This document shows positions 1-7,281 of a stretch of DNA of 64,000 nucleotides, in pieces. Positions within the stretch are counted from its first letter, which is position 1. The number at the start of each line of letters is the position of its first letter. The DNA is from Candidatus Nomurabacteria bacterium (GTDB lineage: Bacteria > Patescibacteriota > Minisyncoccia > Phycocordibacterales > UBA9973). The translations under genes and the position numbers were made by a program. Location: positions 16,428 through 80,427 of the forward strand of contig JAPLXU010000013.1 of NCBI GenBank assembly GCA_026395915.1, in the 5' to 3' direction. A model generated the notes under the pieces. It saw only the letters and a program-made list of their open reading frames with translations, was not told where the DNA came from and made no database searches.

Positions 1-2
1 CT

Positions 3-791
3 GTTGTTTTCTTCATCTTCGGCCTTATCATCGGCAGTTTTTTGAATGTCGTTATTTTCCGGCTCAATACGAAGAGGTCTTTCGGTGGCAGGAGCGGATG
101 CATGTCTTGTTTGAATAAACTCTCTTGGTATGAGCTTATTCCGCTTTTCAGCTTTCTCGGTTTGAAAGGAAGGTGCCGAAATTGCAAAAGCAAAATTTCG
201 ATTCAGTATCCTTTGGTGGAATTTGTGACGGGCATCGTTTTTGCTTTTCTTTTTTTAAGACTTTTTGCTTCTGGTGGACAAAATAGCTTTTTAACTTTAC
301 CGTTTATTATAACTTACACTTATTATGCTATCACCTTTTCGCTTTTGATGGTTATCTCAGTTTACGATTTAAGACACAAAATAATTCCCGATTCACTTGC
401 TTTTATTTTTGGCGCACTGGCTTTTCTCGGTTTATTTTTCTTCCACGGCGGAAATTTTTACTGGCAGATGCCGTCAATTCTAGAATTTTTGTCGGGCTTT
501 TTAATTGCTTTACCTTTTGCTTTTTTTTGGTTTGTGTCGAGTGGCAGGTGGATGGGTCTTGGAGATGCAAAGCTCGCTCTCGGCATCGGCTGGTTGCTCG
601 GTTTTGTCGGCGCGCTTTCAGGTCTCGTCATAGCTTTTTGGTCTGGAGCACTAGTAGGGATTTGTCTTATTATTTTCAAGAGCAGTAAAACAAGTAGATT
701 AGGAATGAAAAGCGAAATTCCATTCGCTCCATTTCTGGTCTTCGGAGCCTTCCTGGTTTTTATTTTTGGATTGAATCTTTTTGGGCTATGA
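3..791 (+). CDS. pilD: Prepilin peptidase (A24 family), 5'-partial
   Basis: Frame open from the window edge (VVFFIFGLIIGSFLNV); CxxC pairs, YDLRHKIIP, MGLGDAKL and IPFAPFL motifs. Confidence 0.92.
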   Translation, partial: VVFFIFGLIIGSFLNVVIFRLNTKRSFGGRSGCMSCLNKLSWYELIPLFSFLGLKGRCRNCKSKISIQYPLVEFVTGIVFAFLFLRLFASGGQNSFLTLPFIITYTYYAITFSLLMVISVYDLRHKIIPDSLAFIFGALAFLGLFFFHGGNFYWQMPSILEFLSGFLIALPFAFFWFVSSGRWMGLGDAKLALGIGWLLGFVGALSGLVIAFWSGALVGICLIIFKSSKTSRLGMKSEIPFAPFLVFGAFLVFIFGLNLFGL

Positions 792-1429
792 AAAAAATGA
801 TAAAAATACAAAAGAATAAAGGTATGACTTACATAGAACTGATTGTAGTTCTTTCTATTTTTGCGATAATGAGTTCGATAGTTATTTTTAATTATGAACA
901 GTTCCAAGCGAAAGTGGATGTCAAAAATCTGGCGAGCGATATTGCTTTGAAAATTGTCGAAGCGCAGAAGTCAGCTCTGGACGGACAATTACCATCACTC
1001 ACTCAGCAATCACAGATAGATTCAACGTGGAAACCTTCTTATGGAGTTTATTTTGATCTTTCAACTGACAGCAAAAGTTTTATTTATTTTACTGATCTTA
1101 ACAATATTAACAATAATCCTGGTACGCAAAATAGCCAGTATGACGGAACTTCTTCTTGTAATGGTGAATGCATAGATAAAATTCTAATAACTAGGAATGA
1201 TTCTATATCTCAGATAGCAAGTTGCACAGGTTCTCCCATTGTTTGCACTCCAATTACAAATCCTTTTTCTGTGTCTTTTTCGAGACCCAGCTCAACTGCT
1301 GTATTTTTTTCCAACACTACACAATTAGTATTAACGGGTGCTTCCTACATTCAAATTACAATCAAGTCGCCAAAAACAGCTTCCGCCACAATAAAAGTCT
1401 ATCCTTCAGGTAGGATTCAAGTAGACTAG
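788..1429 (+). CDS. Type IV pilin-like protein (N-methylation motif)
   Basis: KG|MTYIELIVVLSIFAIM class III signal peptide with E5. Confidence 0.85.
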   Translation: MKKMIKIQKNKGMTYIELIVVLSIFAIMSSIVIFNYEQFQAKVDVKNLASDIALKIVEAQKSALDGQLPSLTQQSQIDSTWKPSYGVYFDLSTDSKSFIYFTDLNNINNNPGTQNSQYDGTSSCNGECIDKILITRNDSISQIASCTGSPIVCTPITNPFSVSFSRPSSTAVFFSNTTQLVLTGASYIQITIKSPKTASATIKVYPSGRIQVD

Positions 1430-1458
1430 ATAATTGTAAAGTAAAAAGTTATAAAGAG

Positions 1459-2097
1459 ATGCAAAATAAAAACAACAACAACAGAAAAAGAGGATTCACA
1501 ATAATAGAAACGATGATTTCAGTTTCGCTTTTTTTAATTATTGTCATGGTTGGTATGGGGGCGCTTTTAAATGCCGACATGCTTCACAACAAATCAAAAA
1601 GCATGCGTTCCATTATGGATAATTTGAGTTTCATTATGGAAGACATGTCTAGAAATATAAGGACGGGATACAATTATAGGTGTTACGAGAGTGGTACTTG
1701 GCCAGGCATAAGTCAGCAGTCCGTTTTTAATACTCCTCAAAGTTGCATAAGTGGCGGAGTATTAGTTTTTGAAGAAGCTCATGGAAAAAATCTTTTAACT
1801 ACTCCACCTGATACAAATGCGACCGATCAATGGATATATAAAATTGAATCAACCGATGGGGGTCTCACTTTTGATATTAGCAAATCTGTTGATGGCGGAG
1901 TTACTTGGGTTCAAATGAATTCAGATGAAGTCAGTCTAAATGGGGTAAGCGGTTTTTCAGTAATAGGCGCAGAGGCGGGTGATAATCAGCAACCTTTTGT
2001 CACCATAAAGTTGGTCGGAAATATAAATTTGCAAAATAATATTCAAACACCTTTCTCTTTACAAACTTCAGTTTCGCAAAGACAGATAGATAGATGA
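1459..2097 (+). CDS. Type IV minor pilin, PilW-like
   Basis: RG|FTIIETMISV motif; position in pilin cluster. Confidence 0.8.
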   Translation: MQNKNNNNRKRGFTIIETMISVSLFLIIVMVGMGALLNADMLHNKSKSMRSIMDNLSFIMEDMSRNIRTGYNYRCYESGTWPGISQQSVFNTPQSCISGGVLVFEEAHGKNLLTTPPDTNATDQWIYKIESTDGGLTFDISKSVDGGVTWVQMNSDEVSLNGVSGFSVIGAEAGDNQQPFVTIKLVGNINLQNNIQTPFSLQTSVSQRQIDR

Positions 2098-2135
2098 GTA
2101 GTTATAAAGTTGAAAGTTTATAAAGTTATAAAGAA

Positions 2136-2579
2136 ATGAAATTATTTTTTAAAAAAGTTAATAAGACAAATAAGGGTTTCACTTTAGTAGAGATGCTTGT
2201 TGCCATTTCGATTTTTACTGTGTCATTGCTTGGCATAATGTCTGTTTTGGCATCTGGTGTTGCTAATACCACTTATGCTAAACAGAAAATGGTAGCTACT
2301 TATCTGGCGCAAGAAGGTATCGAATATGTGAGAAATATGCGAGATACCGAAGTTTTATATGGGTCTGGTAATATTATCGCTAGATGGAATAGATTTAAAA
2401 ATAATCCCAACATTGCTAGTACAATACCTGCTCCTTCTGATGCAAGTTTTACTCGCACAATCTCAATGACCAAAATAAATTCAGATGAGGTGCAAATTTT
2501 TTCGAAAGTTGAATGGACCCAAGGTTCCGGCTCTTACAGCATAACTTTTTCAGAAAATTTATTTAATTGGATAGAATAG
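2136..2579 (+). CDS. Type IV minor pilin, PilV-like
   Basis: KG|FTLVEMLVAI and ATYLAQEGIEYVRN motifs. Confidence 0.8.
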   Translation: MKLFFKKVNKTNKGFTLVEMLVAISIFTVSLLGIMSVLASGVANTTYAKQKMVATYLAQEGIEYVRNMRDTEVLYGSGNIIARWNRFKNNPNIASTIPAPSDASFTRTISMTKINSDEVQIFSKVEWTQGSGSYSITFSENLFNWIE

Positions 2580-2583
2580 AATT

Positions 2584-3114
2584 ATGGAGATAAAAAAATT
2601 ACAAAAGAATAAGGCCTGCCCGCATTACTACGCAAAGCGTTGTAGGCGGGGATTCGTAATACTTTTTGCAGTTACGTTGGCGGCTATTCTTTTGTCTATA
2701 GCTATCGGTGTTACGAATGTGGCTTTGAAAGAAATAAAATTTAGCACATCAGCCAAGGGTACCAACGACGCTTTTTTTGCTGCTGATACAGGTATTGAAT
2801 GCGCGCTAGTTAATGATAAATCAACTATAAACTCTTTTACACAATCTGGAGGTCCATCTTCTATACAATGCATTGGTTTGACAATTACTCTCACTAAAAC
2901 CGGCACTTCTTTAAATCCTGTTTGGGATTTTGTAGTTCCAAGTTTGGGAAGTTCAAGTCAGTCTTGCGCTAAAGTGAAAGTTACGAAAGATTTTTCGCTC
3001 AATACTGCTGTTGTTGTTTCAAAAGGATACAATAACGGAAGTGGTGGGGATCCTTCGAATTGGACGTGTTCTAATACCAATAATGTAGAACGAGAATTAC
3101 AGGTAAGCTATTAA
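2584..3114 (+). CDS. Type IV minor pilin, PilX-like
   Basis: G|FVILFAV without E5; AFFAADTGIECAL motif; last gene of the cluster. Confidence 0.75.
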   Translation: MEIKKLQKNKACPHYYAKRCRRGFVILFAVTLAAILLSIAIGVTNVALKEIKFSTSAKGTNDAFFAADTGIECALVNDKSTINSFTQSGGPSSIQCIGLTITLTKTGTSLNPVWDFVVPSLGSSSQSCAKVKVTKDFSLNTAVVVSKGYNNGSGGDPSNWTCSNTNNVERELQVSY

Positions 3115-3121
3115 CTGCGGT

Positions 3122-5245
3122 ATGGATAAATCTAGCATTCAAAAAAGAATAACAAAACTGCGAAGCGAAATCGCGCGATTGAGAGACGCTTATCATACAA
3201 AAAATGCGCCTGACGTTACCGACGAGGTGTATGATTCTCTGACTCGCGAGCTGAAAGAGCTTTTGCAAAATTATCCAGAATTTGACGATTCAAATGCTCC
3301 GGAAAACAGAGTGGCAGGCAAACCGCTCGACAAATTCGTCAAAGTAAAACACGAAGTGAAAATGTTTTCAATCGGCAATGTGTTTTCAGCAGAAGAACTT
3401 TTTGCTTGGGAAAAAAGAAACTTAAAATTACTTCCCAATCTACAAAAACAATCTTTGGATTATTTTTGTGAGTTAAAATTCGACGGACTGGCTATATCGC
3501 TTATCTACGAGGATGGAAAATTTGCAAGAGGTGTGACGAGAGGAGATGGAGAAATCGGCGAAGACATTACCCAAAATTTGAAAACAATTAAAACGATTCC
3601 GCTCGCGTTCGAGGCGCCATATCCAGAAAGGATAGAGATTCGTGGCGAAGCGATTATGAAAAAAAATGTGTTGAAAAAACTCAATGAAGAAAACGAAAAA
3701 GAGGGGAAATTACTTTTTGCCAATTCGCGAAACGCTGCGGCGGGAAGCTTGCGCCAACTCGATCCAAAACTCGCAGAAGAAAGGCATCTAGATTTTTTTG
3801 CATATGAAATAGCGCAAATCAAAGGAGAAAAATGGCAGAAATATGTTGATAAACATTCTTTGAAACACGAATTACTAAAAAAATTAGGCTTTGCCGTTGA
3901 TGTGTACGCGAAGGAGGTTGTCGATTCAAAAGACATTTTAAATTTCATCGATAAGATTTCCAAAGTCCGCGACAGTTTAGATTTTGGCATTGATGGAGTG
4001 GTTATCAATGTGAATGAAACGAAGATTTTTGAAAATCTTGGAGTGGCGGGGAAAGACCCTCGCGGAATTATTGCTTTTAAGTATCCGGCTGAGAAGGCGA
4101 CTACCATCGTGAAAGATATTTTGATTAATGTTGGGCGTACTGGTGTCTTGACGCCACTTGCCGTTTTTGAACCGACTCTCGTAGCGGGTTCTAGAGTTTC
4201 AAAAGCAACCTTGCATAATATGGATCAAATAGAACGTTTAGATTTACGAATTGGTGATACTGTTGTTATAGAAAAAGCGGGGGATGTTATTCCGAAAGTT
4301 GTCGAAGTTTTGACACGTATGCGCACAGGCAAAGAGAAGAAATTTAAAATGCCGAAAACTTGCCCAGCTTGTAGGGGGAGCATAGAGAAAAAAGAAACAT
4401 CTGCGCAAATTCGCGAAATTTCCTCTGGCTTGACCCTTCCCGGAGTACCGGGTGGGACCCACACCATTCAGAAATCTCGCGAATTTGCGCAGATGTCTGT
4501 TGCTTACTATTGTTCAAATCCAAAATGTCCGGCAAAAAATGAAAGATATCTTGAACATTTTGTGTCTGTTTTTGAAATATACGAGCTCGGTCCGAAAATT
4601 TTGAGTCGATTTAAAGACGAAGGATTGATAACAGACGCGGCGGATATTTTTACGCTTGAAAAAGTTGACATCGCGCCCTTGGAGAGGTTCGGAGAAAAAT
4701 CAGCCGAGAATATTATAAAAGAAATAGAAAACAAAAAACATGTTTCCCTCACACGTTTTCTGTGGGCGCTTGGAATTTTGCATGTGGGTGAGGAGACTGC
4801 GCGAGACTTAGCAGAACATTTTGGCACTCTGGAAAAGTTAATATTCTCTGCAAGGCAAGACCTTGCAGAAGTAGATAATATCGAAAACATCGGTCCCGCG
4901 GTATCAAAAAGCCTTGTTGTTTTTTTTAATGATAAAAATAATTTAAACTTCATAAAAAAATTAAAAAAAAATGGTGTGGTTGTGGAAAAAGCAGAAGAAA
5001 ATCTAGCAAAGAGAAACGGGAAATTAAAAGGATTAAGTTTTGTTTTGACTGGTACGCTCCCAAATATGTCTCGAGAGATGGCAAAAAAGAAAATAATCTC
5101 TTTAGGAGGAAAAGTTGTGGGTTCAGTTTCAAAAAACACTTCCTATGTCGTAGCGGGGGTTGATCCGGGTTCCAAGCTAAAAAATGCGGAAAAATTAGGC
5201 GTTAAAGTGCTAGATGAAAAAAAGTTCCAAAATATGATAGGATAG
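3122..5245 (+). CDS. ligA: NAD-dependent DNA ligase
   Basis: ELKFDG adenylation motif, OB fold, C4 zinc finger, HhH and C-terminal BRCT. Confidence 0.97.
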   Translation: MDKSSIQKRITKLRSEIARLRDAYHTKNAPDVTDEVYDSLTRELKELLQNYPEFDDSNAPENRVAGKPLDKFVKVKHEVKMFSIGNVFSAEELFAWEKRNLKLLPNLQKQSLDYFCELKFDGLAISLIYEDGKFARGVTRGDGEIGEDITQNLKTIKTIPLAFEAPYPERIEIRGEAIMKKNVLKKLNEENEKEGKLLFANSRNAAAGSLRQLDPKLAEERHLDFFAYEIAQIKGEKWQKYVDKHSLKHELLKKLGFAVDVYAKEVVDSKDILNFIDKISKVRDSLDFGIDGVVINVNETKIFENLGVAGKDPRGIIAFKYPAEKATTIVKDILINVGRTGVLTPLAVFEPTLVAGSRVSKATLHNMDQIERLDLRIGDTVVIEKAGDVIPKVVEVLTRMRTGKEKKFKMPKTCPACRGSIEKKETSAQIREISSGLTLPGVPGGTHTIQKSREFAQMSVAYYCSNPKCPAKNERYLEHFVSVFEIYELGPKILSRFKDEGLITDAADIFTLEKVDIAPLERFGEKSAENIIKEIENKKHVSLTRFLWALGILHVGEETARDLAEHFGTLEKLIFSARQDLAEVDNIENIGPAVSKSLVVFFNDKNNLNFIKKLKKNGVVVEKAEENLAKRNGKLKGLSFVLTGTLPNMSREMAKKKIISLGGKVVGSVSKNTSYVVAGVDPGSKLKNAEKLGVKVLDEKKFQNMIG
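4397..4496. repeat. 100-bp palindromic element inside ligA
   Basis: Perfect 20-bp inverted repeat acatctgcgcaaattcgcga (4397-4416 / 4477-4496) with an inner cccgg-agta-ccggg hairpin. Confidence 0.9.
4847..4869. repeat. REP-like hairpin inside ligA, identical to the RAYT2 flank
   Basis: tctgcaagg-caaga-ccttgcaga, 23/23 identical to 62474-62496. Confidence 0.88.
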
Positions 5246-5262
5246 TTTATTGCAGATGATAA

Positions 5263-5349
5263 GGAGGGTTCGCATAGTGGTCTAGTGCGCATCCCTGGAA
5301 AGGATGTATGTCCGAAAGGGCATCGAGAGTTCGAATCTCTCACCCTCCG
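5263..5349 (+). tRNA. tRNA-Ser(GGA)
   Basis: Cloverleaf with catcc-ctGGAaa-ggatg anticodon arm, long variable arm, gttcgaatc T loop; CCA not encoded. Confidence 0.93.
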
Positions 5350-5387
5350 CACGGCCATTTTGGCTGTTTAAAAAATAAATAAAATTT

Positions 5388-5460
5388 GCCATCCTAGCTC
5401 AGTTGGTAGAGCACGTCTTTCGTAAAGACGGGGTCCCGAGTTCGATCCTCGGGGATGGCT
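5388..5460 (+). tRNA. tRNA-Thr(CGT)
   Basis: gccatcc/ggatggc acceptor stem, cgtct-ttCGTaa-agacg anticodon arm, gttcgatcc T loop. Confidence 0.93.
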
Positions 5461-5461
5461 C

Positions 5462-6343
5462 ATGGATAAAGAAAGCATACAGCAAAAAATAAATGAGTTA
5501 GAGACGCAGATGCTCGCGCCGGAATTTTGGAATGATAAAAACAAAGCGCAAACGATCATCAAAGAAATTGCCGATTTGAAAAGTTCGCTTTCGGGCGTCG
5601 GTAAGTTTGATAAGGGTAACGCTATTGTGACTATTTTTTCCGGCGCAGGCGGGGACGACGCGGAAGATTTTTCGGCTATGCTTTACAGAATGTATAGGAA
5701 ATTTTTTGAAAAAAAAGGCTGGGGAATGGAGCTTATTCATTCGAACGAGAACGATCATGGAGGTTACAGAAATATAACTTTTGAAATATCCGGTAAAAAT
5801 GTCTATGGAACTTTGAAAAACGAATCAGGAGTGCATCGCTTGGTCCGCATTTCGCCTTTCAATGCCAAACAGCTTCGTCACACTTCTTTTTCGATGGTGG
5901 AAGTTATACCGAAATTTGAAAAGACTAACAGCGCGGACATAGAATTGCCGGAAAAAGACATAGAAATTTCTATTGCTCGTTCTGGTGGTCCCGGAGGACA
6001 GAATGTGAACAAGAGAGAAACAGCGGTGAGAATTGTGCATAAACTTACAGGGCTTTCCGTTCACGTGACGTCAGAAAGATCTCAAGCGCAGAATAAAGAA
6101 AAAGCGATAGATATTTTGAAGGGTAAACTTTTTAAAAGAAAGGAAGAAGAAAAAATCGCGAGAGAAAAAGGAATGTACATAAGCAAGACAACTTCCATCG
6201 AGTGGGGGAATCAGATTCGCTCGTATGTCCTTCATCCGTATAAAATGGTAAAAGACCACAGGACAGATACCGAGACTTCCAACGTTGACGCAGTTTTAAA
6301 CGGCGATTTGGATATTTTTATTGAAGCAGAGAAAAATTTGTAA
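5462..6343 (+). CDS. prfB: Peptide chain release factor 2 (shortened)
   Basis: SPF recognition motif (RISPFN), [19 protein letters not shown]. Confidence 0.92.
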   Translation: MDKESIQQKINELETQMLAPEFWNDKNKAQTIIKEIADLKSSLSGVGKFDKGNAIVTIFSGAGGDDAEDFSAMLYRMYRKFFEKKGWGMELIHSNENDHGGYRNITFEISGKNVYGTLKNESGVHRLVRISPFNAKQLRHTSFSMVEVIPKFEKTNSADIELPEKDIEISIARSGGPGGQNVNKRETAVRIVHKLTGLSVHVTSERSQAQNKEKAIDILKGKLFKRKEEEKIAREKGMYISKTTSIEWGNQIRSYVLHPYKMVKDHRTDTETSNVDAVLNGDLDIFIEAEKNL

Positions 6344-6359
6344 AAGCATTTAAAAAGCA

Positions 6360-7280
6360 ATGATATTTTCTATATTGATTACAATAATCGGCCTTTCGCT
6401 TTTTGAAACGGTTTCGTCTGTTGATAATGCGATTATCAATGCGGAAGTGCTTTCTACGATGGGCGCGCGGGCTCGGCGCTGGTTTCTTACTTGGGGGATA
6501 CTGGTTGCGGTTTTTGTTGTCCGGGGACTTCTGCCTTTCGTAATAATTTGGGCTTTCAATAAGTCGCTCAATCCGATTCAGATCTTGTCGGCCACATGGT
6601 CGAACGATCCTATAGTTTTGGAATCTATAGAGAAATCGGCTCCGATTTTGCTCGTGGCGGGTGGAATTTTTCTTTTATTTTTATTTCTGCATTGGCTTTT
6701 TCTTGAAGATAAACATCTTGGGTTACCGAGAACGGAGAAATTTTTTATGTCGAAAGGCGTTTGGTTCTATGCGACGGTTTCCATCTTACTCGCAGTTATT
6801 TCATGGTTTGCTCTAAAAGAAAATAGCCTGATGGGTTTTGGAGCTGTTGTTGGCTCAAGCATATTTTTTATTACTCACGGTTTTAAACAGAATGCAGAAG
6901 CACAAGAGAAGAGACTGTCCAATAGTGGGCGTTCCGATTTGAGCAAACTTTTATTTTTGGAAATAATTGATAGCACTTTTTCTGTCGACGGGGTTCTAGG
7001 CGCTTTCGCTTTTACTCTTTCGGTGCCTTTGATTTTGCTCGGGAATGGTCTAGGCGCTTTTATAGTACGAGGTCTAACAATTCGGAACATTGAGCGTATT
7101 AAAAAATATGTTTATTTAAAAAATGGGGCGATGTATTCCATTTTGGTTCTTGGTATAATCATGATATTGCACAGTTTTGGTTTCCGTGTTCCCGAATATG
7201 CTTCTCCGCTCGCCACCTTTTCCATAATCGGATTTTTCTTTTGGAAGTCAAAAATACATCTTAAATTAAATTTTAAATAA
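6360..7280 (+). CDS. DUF475/TerC-like integral membrane protein
   Basis: ETVSSVDNAIINA and LEIIDSTFSVDGVLGAFA motifs; multiple TM segments. Confidence 0.8.
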   Translation: MIFSILITIIGLSLFETVSSVDNAIINAEVLSTMGARARRWFLTWGILVAVFVVRGLLPFVIIWAFNKSLNPIQILSATWSNDPIVLESIEKSAPILLVAGGIFLLFLFLHWLFLEDKHLGLPRTEKFFMSKGVWFYATVSILLAVISWFALKENSLMGFGAVVGSSIFFITHGFKQNAEAQEKRLSNSGRSDLSKLLFLEIIDSTFSVDGVLGAFAFTLSVPLILLGNGLGAFIVRGLTIRNIERIKKYVYLKNGAMYSILVLGIIMILHSFGFRVPEYASPLATFSIIGFFFWKSKIHLKLNFK

Positions 7281-7281
7281 A

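Noticed and set aside
262-285. ttttgcttctggtggacaaaa in pilD as a decayed palindromic insert
   Set aside because: Too short and degenerate to support without orthologs
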